Part shown: positions 1 to 9,008 of the stretch, piece by piece
Position numbering within the stretch: the first letter of the stretch is position 1
Layout: each line of letters opens with the position of its first letter
Assembly (NCBI GenBank): GCA_964486145.1
Contig: CAZAMT010000002.1
Location: 1 to 54,637, forward strand
Source: an uncultured Bacteroidales bacterium
GTDB taxonomy: Bacteria > Bacteroidota > Bacteroidia > Bacteroidales > JAAAOM01
Direction of reading: 5' to 3'
DNA length: 54,637 nt
Program-made: the position numbers and the translations under genes
Notes under the pieces: generated by a model
Database searches by the model: none
What the model was told of the DNA's origin: nothing
The model's input: only the letters and a program-made list of their open reading frames with translations

Positions 1-81
1 GGGTGTTTCATGTGTTTAACATTTGTGACCAAACCTGAAATTTGGCACTCATTTCAATCATGGTCGTGCTTGCTCCGCTGA
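1..81 (+). CDS. Possible 3' end of a small DUF1992/DnaJC28-like protein gene (partial, runs off the left edge)
   Basis: Frame 1 reads ...GCFMCLTFVTKPEIWHSFQSWSCLLR then TGA at 79-81. The homologous frame in copy B joins a GEFxxLPGxGKP-type N-terminus once two lesions are repaired. The LK....PE segment resembles the YK.LKNAG.LPPE part of the family. Confidence 0.3.
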   Translation, partial: GCFMCLTFVTKPEIWHSFQSWSCLLR

Positions 82-162
82 AGCTATGCGAAAGCGCAGT
101 GTGCCTCTGTCATTATCTCAGACAACTTGTCCGACAATTGGCGGATAGCTTGCTCCGATTTG
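1..162 (+). repeat. Copy A of an inverted repeat pair (partner at 13644..13856); truncated by the window edge
   Basis: The reverse complement of 13751-13836 is identical to 21-106 (86/86). The flanks 1-20 and 112-162 also align, with 6 and 2 mismatches. Positions 107-111 (ctgtc) are replaced by 56 nt in copy B. Confidence 0.9.
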
Positions 163-448
163 TCGGAGGTCTGTATCATTTAACGATATTGTGATTAATT
201 TATGATTATAACGCTGACAATGTTAAGAAATAAAATTTAACCAGCCAAATTTCAATACAATAATTTACAAATAAAATACACATGAAGATTTCTTCATCCT
301 AACAAAGTCTTTTTAACCATTTAATTATCTGGCATTTATAAAATATAAAATAAATTGAAATTTATGTTTTAACCTGTTTTCACCTCAATAATTTGTCAAT
401 ACAAACGATTTATCCTAAATTAGGACGTTTTAGCATAACCTACACAGA

Positions 449-1669
449 ATGTTTGGTCAAGGAAGTAGTTCATCGTCTTTTTCACTGGCACAGGCCGGAT
501 TGCTGCCCCAGGAAGAAATGCTGGAAGTGGGCACACGCAGAAAAAAATTAATCATCGGTATATTAAAAGAAAGTATTCCCTACGAGTACAGGGTAGTGCT
601 GACTCCCGAAGCGGTTGAAAACCTGGTGAATGAAGGGCATGACATATACATCGAAAAAGGTGCCGGTGAAAAATCAAATTATTCTGATCTTCAATACAGT
701 GAAAAAGGAGGAATTATTGTTGATGAGAAAACAAAAATTCTAAATGCCGATGTAATTTTAAAAGTAGGCCCTTTAAATTCGTCTGAGATTGACAGATTGA
801 AAGGCCGGCAGATAATAATTTCAACAATTCAGCTTTACAATCAGAAAATTGAATACTTCCAGGATTTAATTCAAAAAAAGGTAACGGCCATCGCCTTTGA
901 GATGGTGCGTGATGAATATGGTTTTTTACCTGTGGTACAATCCATGAATGCCATTGCAGGCAATGCAACCATCATAATTGCCGGTGAGTATTTAAGTACC
1001 TCAAAAGAAGGCAAAGGGGTTATGTTGGGCGGTATTCCGGGCATCACACCCACGGAGGTGATTGTTCTGGGGGCAGATACTGCTGCTGAATATGCCATAC
1101 GTTCTGCCCTGGGCATGGGAGCCAGCGTAAAAGTATTTGACAGCTCTGTGCAAAAACTCAGGCTCCTGGAGGAAAAAATCCGTCAGCCGCTGCATACATC
1201 TGTATTTCATCCAAAGGTTCTCAAAAAAGCGCTTCGATCCGCTGATGTTGTCGTAGGCGCCGTCTATCTCGATGACAGCGAGCCCTACCTGGTAACCGAA
1301 GACATGGTCAAGGAGATGAAACCGGGAACCATCATCATCGATATTTCCATTGACGAAGGCGGGTGCATCGAAACATCCGAACCACGTACCCACCAGGATC
1401 CGGTGGTTATAAAACACGGGGTAATACACTACTGCGTGCCCAACATGCCGTCACGCGTGGCCAGAACAGCTTCCATCGCGCTGAGCAATGTGATTTCTCC
1501 CATGCTTCTCAAAATGGGCAGCCTGGGCGGAATGAAACAATATCTGATGGAAGAACCAGGAGTACGGCACGGCGTGTACATTTACAATGGAATTCTCACC
1601 AAAGCCAAAGTGGGACAGCGTTTTGGCATTCCATCAAAAGATATTGATTTGCTCATGGCAGCATTCTAA
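449..1669 (+). CDS. ald: Alanine dehydrogenase / PNT family NAD-dependent dehydrogenase
   Basis: 406-aa ORF. The N-terminal AlaDH/PNT domain shows IGILKE...YRVVLTPEAV. A Rossmann segment VIVLGADTAAEYAIRSALGMGASVKVFD follows. An N-terminal extension is present, and the start could instead be Met24. Confidence 0.8.
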   Translation: MFGQGSSSSSFSLAQAGLLPQEEMLEVGTRRKKLIIGILKESIPYEYRVVLTPEAVENLVNEGHDIYIEKGAGEKSNYSDLQYSEKGGIIVDEKTKILNADVILKVGPLNSSEIDRLKGRQIIISTIQLYNQKIEYFQDLIQKKVTAIAFEMVRDEYGFLPVVQSMNAIAGNATIIIAGEYLSTSKEGKGVMLGGIPGITPTEVIVLGADTAAEYAIRSALGMGASVKVFDSSVQKLRLLEEKIRQPLHTSVFHPKVLKKALRSADVVVGAVYLDDSEPYLVTEDMVKEMKPGTIIIDISIDEGGCIETSEPRTHQDPVVIKHGVIHYCVPNMPSRVARTASIALSNVISPMLLKMGSLGGMKQYLMEEPGVRHGVYIYNGILTKAKVGQRFGIPSKDIDLLMAAF

Positions 1670-1776
1670 CCTGCCCTATTCATAAGGCTAAGTTTTTCCG
1701 AAAAATTGTATCGTTGAGTTCGTACTTTACGGATGCAATTCTTGCCAATAACCTCATCTATTAAAAATGAAATCTG

Positions 1777-1784
1777 TATTTTTG
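1777..1784 (+). promoter_or_regulatory. Bacteroidota -7 promoter box (TAnnTTTG) upstream of yhhQ
   Basis: tatttttg lies 25 nt upstream of the ATG at 1809. No clear -33 TTG was identified. Confidence 0.4.
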
Positions 1785-1808
1785 CGGCTAAATGTAAACA
1801 TTTAAGGT

Positions 1809-2525
1809 ATGTGGAATGAGTTTATGTGGCTGGCAATGCTGCTTTCCAACTTCTTTTTAATCATAATTGCATATAAAATATTTGGTAAAAGGGGTTTGTT
1901 CATGTGGATACCCATAGCCACCATCGTTGCCAATATTCAGGTTATTCAAACCATTGAGTTGTTCGGACTGGTAGCTACCCTTGGAAATATCGTGTATGCC
2001 AGTTCATTCCTGGTAACTGATATATTATCCGAGCTATACGGAAAAAAAGAAGCCAGAAAAGCCGTCTGGATCGGATTCTTTAGCGTTATTGCCATGGCAG
2101 TCCTGATGAACATTGCGTTGCTGTTCACACCCCTTAAAGGTGACGAATTTGCCAGCGAAACCTACCGAAGCCTTGATACCATTTTCAGCATTATGCCCAG
2201 GATTGTGATTGCCAGCCTTACAGCATACCTGCTTTCTCAGCAACATGACATCTGGGCTTATCATATTTGGCGCAAAAGATTTCCGGGTACAAAAAGAATA
2301 TGGATCCGTAACAACCTCAGTACTGCAGTATCACAACTAATTGACAGCGTTATTTTTACAATAATTGCCTTTTGGGGAATTTATGATATGCCTGTATTGA
2401 TTGAAATATTTGCAACCACGTATCTTTTAAAGTGGATCGTGGCCGTTGCAGATACCCCTTTTATTTACTGGGCTGCAAGAATTGGTAAAAAAGAACAGTT
2501 CATTGTTGAAAAGGAAACCATTTAA
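1809..2525 (+). CDS. yhhQ: Queuosine precursor transporter (YhhQ / DUF165 / VUT family)
   Basis: 238-aa polytopic membrane protein with the family-typical segment ASSFLVTDILSELYGKKEARKAVWIGF. Its stop lies 2 nt before the waaA start. Confidence 0.8.
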   Translation: MWNEFMWLAMLLSNFFLIIIAYKIFGKRGLFMWIPIATIVANIQVIQTIELFGLVATLGNIVYASSFLVTDILSELYGKKEARKAVWIGFFSVIAMAVLMNIALLFTPLKGDEFASETYRSLDTIFSIMPRIVIASLTAYLLSQQHDIWAYHIWRKRFPGTKRIWIRNNLSTAVSQLIDSVIFTIIAFWGIYDMPVLIEIFATTYLLKWIVAVADTPFIYWAARIGKKEQFIVEKETI

Positions 2526-2527
2526 TC

Positions 2528-3748
2528 ATGTTTTACAACCTGGCTATTATAATTTATATTTCACTAATTAAATTTTTTTCTCTATTTAATAAGAAGGCTC
2601 GTTTATGGTATACAGGGCGTAAAAACATATTCGCCGAACTTGAAAGAACATTCCCGGTTAATAAACCGGTTATTTGGATGCACTGTGCTTCGCTTGGAGA
2701 GTTTGAACAGGGCCGTCCATTGATTGAGAAAATCAAGGAAAAAAATTCATCCTATTTTATTCTTCTTACTTTTTTTTCACCTTCCGGGTACGAAGTTCGT
2801 AAAAACTACACCCTGGCAGATTATGTTTGTTACCTCCCGGCTGATACGCCATCCAATGTCCGTAAGTTTCTGGCATTAATAAAACCTGTAAAGGTGTATT
2901 TTGTAAAATATGAATTTTGGCGAAATTATCTTCAGCAACTCTATAAAAATCAAATTGATGTTTTTCTGATCTCAGCGATTTTCCGAAACAACCAACTATT
3001 TTTTAAGTGGTATGGAGCATTTTACCAACGCTTGCTTTTTTATTTTAAGAAACTATTTGTTCAGGATAAAAAATCGAAAATGTTACTTGAACGAATTCGT
3101 GTTGAAAATGTCATTATTTCAGGTGATACGCGCTTTGACAGAGTGTATGAAATCAAAGATTCGGTTAAATCGTTACCAGCGCTTGAATCCTTCAAGGGTA
3201 ATACTCAGGTTTTGATTGCCGGAAGCACCTGGGAACCGGATGAAAAAATCATTTTAAAATATTTTCAAGAACAGCAATATAACCTGAAACTCATCATCGC
3301 TCCTCATGAGGTTCATAAATCAAATATACAACGGGTTGTTGGTTTATTTGGCAAAGAATGCATTTTATATTCCAAATTAGAATCAGGTAATACAGATGAA
3401 GCTAAAATACTGCTTGTCGATACAATGGGTCACCTTTCATCACTTTATCAATATGGGGATATTGCCTTTATTGGCGGTGGTTTTGGCAAAGGCATACATA
3501 ACACATTGGAGGCTGCAACATTCGGCTTGCCTGTATTTTTTGGTCCGAATTATAAAAAATTCAAAGAAGCCAGGGAACTCATTGATGCAGGTGGTGGTTT
3601 TTCGATAAGTCAATACCATGAATTTAAAGAAAAAGTTGACCACCTGTTGGAAAGTCCGGAATTACTCAGAAATGCTTCATCAATTTCTGCTAATTATGTA
3701 AAATCGAATACTGGATCAACGCTTAAAATCATTGAAAACTCATTTTGA
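2528..3748 (+). CDS. waaA: 3-deoxy-D-manno-octulosonic acid (Kdo) transferase
   Basis: 406 aa with an N-terminal anchor. The motif WMHCASLGEFEQGRPLIEKIK and the C-terminal GT-B signature GGGFGKGIHNTLEAATFGLPV are both present. Confidence 0.85.
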   Translation: MFYNLAIIIYISLIKFFSLFNKKARLWYTGRKNIFAELERTFPVNKPVIWMHCASLGEFEQGRPLIEKIKEKNSSYFILLTFFSPSGYEVRKNYTLADYVCYLPADTPSNVRKFLALIKPVKVYFVKYEFWRNYLQQLYKNQIDVFLISAIFRNNQLFFKWYGAFYQRLLFYFKKLFVQDKKSKMLLERIRVENVIISGDTRFDRVYEIKDSVKSLPALESFKGNTQVLIAGSTWEPDEKIILKYFQEQQYNLKLIIAPHEVHKSNIQRVVGLFGKECILYSKLESGNTDEAKILLVDTMGHLSSLYQYGDIAFIGGGFGKGIHNTLEAATFGLPVFFGPNYKKFKEARELIDAGGGFSISQYHEFKEKVDHLLESPELLRNASSISANYVKSNTGSTLKIIENSF

Positions 3749-3769
3749 AAATACAAAGATAAATTAATT

Positions 3770-4588
3770 CTATATCTCTGTTCCAGGTAGTTCAATTCTA
3801 CCCAACGGGTTTTTCATATACGTAAATACTTTATTACCGGAAACCTCAACAATCCGATAACCTTTATATTCCTGCCCCCAACTGCCACCAAAATGGCCAC
3901 TCCAGAAAAACGGTATGTTTCCATGATACTTCACATCATCTTCTTGATGGTCATGGCCGTGAAACACGGCAGAAATATTATTTGTGCGGCTAATCAGATC
4001 CAGCAAATCCGGGCAGTTAATTCCGTGCCTGGTCCAATCCTTTTGAGATATATGCAGAAAAACAAATATATGTTTTTTAGGACTGTATAAATCCAGTTCT
4101 TTTGATAACCAATCAATGTCTCCGCAAAGGTATTCACCGGATTCGTTGGAAGTAGCCATAAGAATAAATGCTGCATTTCCTGCTTCAAAACTATGATTGA
4201 CGTTCACTCCCCATGTTTTTTCCCAATGAGCAGCCGTTACCATATCATGATTTCCCTGGACCGGGTAGTACGGTGCAGCCAAATTATCAAAATAACCTTT
4301 CACAACTTCCAGGTATTCGGGTTTATCGTGGATAATATCCCCGTTAAAAATGATGAAATCCAGCTTATTTTCTGATGTTTCGTAATTAAGCCATTTCACA
4401 ATATTCTGGTAATACATTTCCGAAGGTGTTTCACTCTGACCAAAATGCCCGTCTGACGCTACTGCAAAACGAATATCCGATAAACCTTTATCTTTTGTGC
4501 TCATTGATTTCATTCCAAATGATTTTCCCAGCATGGAAGCGGACACAAATGTAAAAATAGTTTTTAAAATATACCTTCTTGATACCAT
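3770..4588 (-). CDS. Secreted metallophosphoesterase (calcineurin-like) with a twin-arginine-type signal peptide
   Basis: Motifs GDIIHD, GNHD and GHDH are present. The N-terminus MVSRRYILKTIFTFVSASMLG matches S-R-R-x-h-L-K. I chose the internal Met (cat at 4586-4588) rather than the ORF-track start at 4648. Confidence 0.8.
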   Translation of the reverse strand: MVSRRYILKTIFTFVSASMLGKSFGMKSMSTKDKGLSDIRFAVASDGHFGQSETPSEMYYQNIVKWLNYETSENKLDFIIFNGDIIHDKPEYLEVVKGYFDNLAAPYYPVQGNHDMVTAAHWEKTWGVNVNHSFEAGNAAFILMATSNESGEYLCGDIDWLSKELDLYSPKKHIFVFLHISQKDWTRHGINCPDLLDLISRTNNISAVFHGHDHQEDDVKYHGNIPFFWSGHFGGSWGQEYKGYRIVEVSGNKVFTYMKNPLGRIELPGTEI

Positions 4589-4717
4589 CACAAAAAAATT
4601 TATATTTTCAGGGAAAATGAAAAACGAAATGAATTGTTCAAAAAGCAAGTTTAATAAATCGTTAAACTTTACATTTTACAATAACCATTCATTTCGACCA
4701 CCAAGAACACTGATTCA

Positions 4718-5875
4718 TTATTCATTGGTTTTGTTCCTGTTTCTAAACTTCTTTTTAAATTTATTCTTCTTTTTTGGTTTATTCTTTTTGGATTTATCTA
4801 AAGTATTTTTCTTATCAAACCGGTCAATGCGATTTTCTTCTTCAACAATACCAGCCGAGTAAAAATTATCAGATACAACGCTTTCTTCGATCAGTTTATC
4901 CACTTTTTGTCCTTTTTTATTGAGCATAATCACCTCTTTAACCCTTTCAAGGGGCACAGAGGTTAAATTTACCGGGGCGTTTTTATCAAATGAATACCAA
5001 ATTTCCTTTTTCAAAACATCTGTTTTATGATGATAGGCAATGCCATCTGTTGTTTCGAGTTCGAGAAGTTGTTTTGGGAAACTTTCACGGGCATCCAGGT
5101 AAGTATCCAATTCATACATCAGGCAACACTTCAATTTTCCGCATTGCCCGGCCAGTTTTTGTGCATTCACCGGTAATTCCTGGTACCTGATGGCATCCGT
5201 AGTAACCGATGAAAACTGTGTTCTCCATGAGGAACAACATAATTCCCGTCCACACGAACCAATTCCCCCGATAAGCCCGGCTTCCTGGCGGGCTCCGATT
5301 TGCTTCATTTCAATCCGAACTGAAAACTCCCGGGCATAAACTTTAATCAACTCCCTGAAATCAACCCGTCCATCGGCAATGTAGTAAAAAATGGCTTTTG
5401 TGTTATCTCCCTGGTACTCTACGTCACCTATTTTCATTTCCAATCCCAAATCCTTTGCAATCTGCCGGGCGCGCACCATGGTTGGTTTTTCCTTTTCCTG
5501 TGCTGATTTCCATTTATCAATATCGGCATCTTTCGCTTTACGGTAAACTTTTTTAAAATTGTAAGATTTCGGTTTCAGATTCAACTTTCTCATTTGCAAT
5601 TCAGCCAACCTTCCGGTTAACGAAACCACTCCGATATCATGTCCGGGACTCGCCTCCACAGCAACCACATCTCCTCTTTTGACAGACAACCCGTTTACAT
5701 TCTTATAAAAATCTTTCCGTGTGCTCTTAAACCTTATTTCTACCACATCGGTTTCATTTGAATTATCTGGCAGATCCGATAACCAATCGTGTGTATTTAA
5801 TTTATTACAGCCTCCACGAGTGATTGTACCGGTATCGTTAAAACTTCCTCTCGCTGAACATTCTCCACAACCCAT
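4718..5875 (-). CDS. PSP1 domain protein (RicT/YaaT-like) with a Cys-rich N-terminus and a Lys-rich C-terminal tail
   Basis: 385 aa. The N-terminus MGCGECS...GGCNKLNTHDWLS is typical of Bacteroidota PSP1 proteins. The protein ends in KSKKNKPKKKNKFKKKFRNRNK and lies directly downstream of holB, as in Bacillus holB-yaaT. Confidence 0.7.
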   Translation of the reverse strand: MGCGECSARGSFNDTGTITRGGCNKLNTHDWLSDLPDNSNETDVVEIRFKSTRKDFYKNVNGLSVKRGDVVAVEASPGHDIGVVSLTGRLAELQMRKLNLKPKSYNFKKVYRKAKDADIDKWKSAQEKEKPTMVRARQIAKDLGLEMKIGDVEYQGDNTKAIFYYIADGRVDFRELIKVYAREFSVRIEMKQIGARQEAGLIGGIGSCGRELCCSSWRTQFSSVTTDAIRYQELPVNAQKLAGQCGKLKCCLMYELDTYLDARESFPKQLLELETTDGIAYHHKTDVLKKEIWYSFDKNAPVNLTSVPLERVKEVIMLNKKGQKVDKLIEESVVSDNFYSAGIVEEENRIDRFDKKNTLDKSKKNKPKKKNKFKKKFRNRNKTNE

Positions 5876-5970
5876 AATATTTTTTATTTTTCAATTTCCT
5901 TATCTAATTACCAAATTACCCGGTATTTTAACCTCAATAATGGTATCAATTCAGACAAAGGTATCCAATT

Positions 5971-7098
5971 TTATTTTTTAATCAATTTCATAATTTTCAA
6001 TGAAAGATCCAGCAAAACAATTTTTGCATACGCGTTTCTTTCAATATCAGCCTGGGCATTCTCCAGTTGATTTGCAATGTCCATGGCATTGCGGTCGTTG
6101 ATGAAAGGATGAAATTTTTCAGAGAAACCTTCTTCCTTGTCTGACAAATAAACGATGCTTTCGGTAGCCAATGTAAGCATGTAATTTTCCCGAACCATTC
6201 GTAGCGCGTATTGAAAAAAGCTTTTCTGCCGTTCTCTGCCAATTCCTGCCATCTCATCAACCCATAAAAAAATATCCATTAATTTTCTACTGTAGCATAT
6301 CCGCATAAGAAAAACGAACTTTTCATAATTATATTCTGTCTGCTCCGATGATTCAATCAGGTTCAACGCCTCTAAATAATTACCATTGGCAATCTTTGCA
6401 ATCGACTGGCTCTCATCGAGAGACAATCCATGTTTACTTTCCAGCGCCTTCGTCATACTTTCAAATTTTATTCCCGGAACTTTTACCAATTGCGTCCTCG
6501 ACAGGATGGTCGGCAGCATATATGTTGTATCTTCAGCAACCAACAAAAACAAGGTTTTCGCCGGTGGTTCTTCGATCATTTTCAAAAGCTTATTGGCTGA
6601 TGTTTGATTCATTTTCTCCGGCATCCAAATGACCATGGTCTTATATTCAGCTTCGAAACTTTTTAAGTTTAACTTCCTGATAATTTCCTGACTTTCCCGC
6701 TTTCCGATAATCCCCTGTTTGTTTTCAATGCCAATGGTTTCATACCAATGCGAAAGGTTTATATAGGGGTTTTGACCAATTATATTTCTCCAGTCGGATA
6801 AAAAATCATCACTTACCGGATCCCTGGTTACTAATTTTGTGGTAGCCACCGGATAAACAAAATGAAGATCCGGATGAATTAATTTGTGATACTTCAAACA
6901 TGATTTACAAACGCCGCACGAATCCCACTCCTGCTTTTTTTCGCAATTAACAAATTGTGCATAAGCAATAGCAAGTGCTAGATTACCACTTCCTTCAGGA
7001 CCCTGAAATAGTTGTGCATGACTGATTCTGTTATCCTTTACTGTCTGTATAAGCCTCGATTTAACCTCCTCTTGTCCAATTACTTCCGTAAATTGCAT
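5971..7098 (-). CDS. holB: DNA polymerase III subunit delta-prime
   Basis: 375 aa with an AAA+ clamp-loader N-terminus: RISHAQLFQGPEGSGNLALAIAYAQ, a Zn-module-like CGVCKSC, and LSRTQ (SRC-like). Confidence 0.85.
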   Translation of the reverse strand: MQFTEVIGQEEVKSRLIQTVKDNRISHAQLFQGPEGSGNLALAIAYAQFVNCEKKQEWDSCGVCKSCLKYHKLIHPDLHFVYPVATTKLVTRDPVSDDFLSDWRNIIGQNPYINLSHWYETIGIENKQGIIGKRESQEIIRKLNLKSFEAEYKTMVIWMPEKMNQTSANKLLKMIEEPPAKTLFLLVAEDTTYMLPTILSRTQLVKVPGIKFESMTKALESKHGLSLDESQSIAKIANGNYLEALNLIESSEQTEYNYEKFVFLMRICYSRKLMDIFLWVDEMAGIGRERQKSFFQYALRMVRENYMLTLATESIVYLSDKEEGFSEKFHPFINDRNAMDIANQLENAQADIERNAYAKIVLLDLSLKIMKLIKK

Positions 7099-7167
7099 GT
7101 GTAAAATAAATAATGAATAAAATGTTTAGCATCGGTTTGCAACAAAGGTAAATAAAAATACTTTTTT

Positions 7168-7175
7168 TACCTTTG
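7168..7175 (+). promoter_or_regulatory. Bacteroidota -7 promoter box (TAnnTTTG) upstream of pgk
   Basis: tacctttg lies 33 nt upstream of the ATG at 7208. Confidence 0.4.
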
Positions 7176-7207
7176 CGCAATTATTAACACACAAATCAAT
7201 AAAAGCA

Positions 7208-8413
7208 ATGCAGACAATTGAGAATTATAATTTTTCAGGTAAAAAAACAATTGTAAGGGTAGATTTTAATGTGCCCCTGGATAAAGAAACCCTTGAAGTA
7301 ACGGATGACACAAGAATTCGCGGTGCACTGTCAACCATTAAAAAGATACTTAGTGATGGTGGTTCTGCGGTTTTAATGTCCCATCTCGGACGTCCGAAAG
7401 AAGGACCCGAAGAAAAATTTTCCCTAAAACATGTTATTCCAACCCTGTCGGATCATCTGGGAAAAGAAGTTAAGTTTGCAAACGACTGCATCAGCGATGA
7501 ATCCATTGAAATGAAAAAGGCATTACAACCGGGTGAAGTACTATTGTTGGAAAATCTTCGGTTTTACAAGGAGGAAAATAAAGATAAAGAAGGCATGAAA
7601 GGTTTTGCTGAAAAACTGGCAACCGGGGTTGATGTTTATGTAAACGATGCTTTCGGGACAGCACACCGCGCACACGCTTCAACAGCTATCATTGCCGAAT
7701 TTTTTGATAACAACAGCAAAATGTTTGGATTTCTTATCAATAGTGAATTAAAGGCAATGGATAAAATTCTTAAAGAACCCCAAAAGCCATTCACAGCCAT
7801 CATGGGCGGAGCAAAGGTTTCTGATAAAATAATGGTTATTGAAAATTTGCTTGAACGGGTTGAAAACCTCATCATTGGTGGTGGTATGACCTATACCTTC
7901 ATTAAAGCAAAAGGAGGAAACATTGGTAATTCACTTTGTGAAGAAGATAAGCTGGATATGGCCCTTGACCTTTTGAAAAAAGCTGAAGCAAAGGGTGTAA
8001 ACGTTTACCTGCCCACCGATGCAGTCAATGGAGATAAATTTGACGCTAATGCTGAAACCAGTACAACAAAAACGGATGAAACTCCGGATGGATGGATGGG
8101 AATGGATATCGGCCCGGAAACTATTGATACATTTACGAATGTAATCAATGAATCAAAAACCATTTTATGGAATGGCCCCATGGGTGTTTTTGAAATGGAG
8201 AAATTTGCAAAGGGAACCTCGGCAATAGCCAAAGCTCTTGCAAAAGCTACAGAAAAAGGTGCATTCACATTGATTGGAGGAGGAGATTCGGTAGCAGCCA
8301 TAAATAAAAATAAACTTGCTGATAAAGTAAGTTACGTATCTACCGGAGGTGGCGCCATGCTTGAATACATGGAAGGAAAGGTACTGCCCGGCATTAAAGC
8401 AATTCGCGGATAA
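7208..8413 (+). CDS. pgk: Phosphoglycerate kinase
   Basis: 401 aa with canonical [27 protein letters not shown] and STGGGA motifs. Confidence 0.97.
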   Translation: MQTIENYNFSGKKTIVRVDFNVPLDKETLEVTDDTRIRGALSTIKKILSDGGSAVLMSHLGRPKEGPEEKFSLKHVIPTLSDHLGKEVKFANDCISDESIEMKKALQPGEVLLLENLRFYKEENKDKEGMKGFAEKLATGVDVYVNDAFGTAHRAHASTAIIAEFFDNNSKMFGFLINSELKAMDKILKEPQKPFTAIMGGAKVSDKIMVIENLLERVENLIIGGGMTYTFIKAKGGNIGNSLCEEDKLDMALDLLKKAEAKGVNVYLPTDAVNGDKFDANAETSTTKTDETPDGWMGMDIGPETIDTFTNVINESKTILWNGPMGVFEMEKFAKGTSAIAKALAKATEKGAFTLIGGGDSVAAINKNKLADKVSYVSTGGGAMLEYMEGKVLPGIKAIRG

Positions 8414-8489
8414 AACCTTTCGATTTATTTTAGCCCGAAAAATTCAGGTTAGAATCACCGGGGTAAATTCTCTACAAAATTTACAAAAA

Positions 8490-8517
8490 GCCTGTCGAAA
8501 CGACCGGCTTTTTTTTT
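8490..8517 (+). terminator. Rho-independent terminator of pgk
   Basis: The stem gcctgtcg / cgaccggc has one mismatch and an aaa loop. It is followed by a 9-nt T run. Confidence 0.75.
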
Positions 8518-8982
8518 GAAAACCACCTGCTCAATGTCGTCAGGTATGTCGCTTGCATTTAGGGTTTATTGAATTATTAAACTGATTGAAAAGCATTTAG
8601 GCCATTTTTGGATCATTTATTGTGATTCAATCAATGTTCGCTAATAAAATTTCATTGGATTAAATAAACGTACAATTTAAGATAAAATAGTATGATTTAT
8701 CAACAACCATTTTATTCAAAAAATTGTTAAAATTTTGCTGATAATTTTTACTTGAAAGTGTAGTATCAAACTAAGAAAAATTTCTTATTTTTTAGGTGAT
8801 TCGTGGTGTTAAATAAGGATGTTAAATTTATAAGATTGTATGTCAAACACATACAAATTCCGGTTGAAAACTATCAAAGATTGTTAATAAATACGAGGTG
8901 ATGTACGTTGCTCCGATTTCTTTCTCTTACTAACTTGCATACCCGGAAACAAATTCCTCCGGACTTTCTTATTTAACAAGTT

Positions 8983-9002
8983 TATAAAATATTATAAAAT
9001 AT
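8983..9002 (+). repeat. Perfect tandem 10-mer (tataaaatat x2) abutting the nrdJ ribosome-binding region
   Basis: Read directly: 8983-8992 is identical to 8993-9002. The ATG is at 9009. Confidence 0.9.
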
Positions 9003-9008
9003 TGAGGT

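Noticed and set aside
44-57. A sigma-54 promoter-like TGGCAC in the repeat core. A similar TGGCAC-N5-ATGC occurs at about 17553 inside ltaE.
   Set aside because: The copy in the repeat lacks the -12 GC element at the correct spacing. The other is intragenic with no downstream gene start.
79-81. The in-frame TGA shared by both DUF1992-like copies, with the frame staying open afterwards and a small hairpin just downstream. I considered selenocysteine or programmed readthrough.
   Set aside because: TGA clearly acts as a stop elsewhere in the window, for example at waaA. The downstream hairpin is only 4 bp and unlike a bacterial SECIS. No Sec machinery is visible. A shared ordinary stop or an old nonsense mutation is simpler.
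60-194. A 44-aa ORF in repeat copy A (MVVLAPLKLCESAVCLCHYLRQLVRQLADSLLRF...) and its 60-aa counterpart in copy B (track ORF 13633..13815, minus strand). They stay in frame despite a net 51-nt indel, so they could be a conserved micro-protein.
   Set aside because: Both substitutions between the copies are radical in this frame (Leu to Pro, Leu to His). The frame overlaps the better-supported DUF1992-like frame. All three frames are open in this GC-richer segment, so ORF persistence carries little evidence.
1670-1808. A preQ1 riboswitch upstream of the queuosine precursor transporter yhhQ, which is a common association in other phyla.
   Set aside because: I could not fold a P1 stem followed by the conserved A-rich tail. 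The nearest look-alike (acctcatctattaaaaatga) lacks a complementary 5' arm.
8772-8793. A terminator-like hairpin taagaa-aaat-ttctta followed by TTTTTT inside the nrdJ leader, which could be an attenuator or the 3' end of an sRNA.
   Set aside because: The stem is 6 bp with a single G:C pair, which is too weak to call.
8518-9008. A cobalamin riboswitch or NrdR box upstream of nrdJ.
   Set aside because: No GC-rich B12-box-like core and no NrdR-type palindrome are visible. The region is almost uniformly AT-rich.
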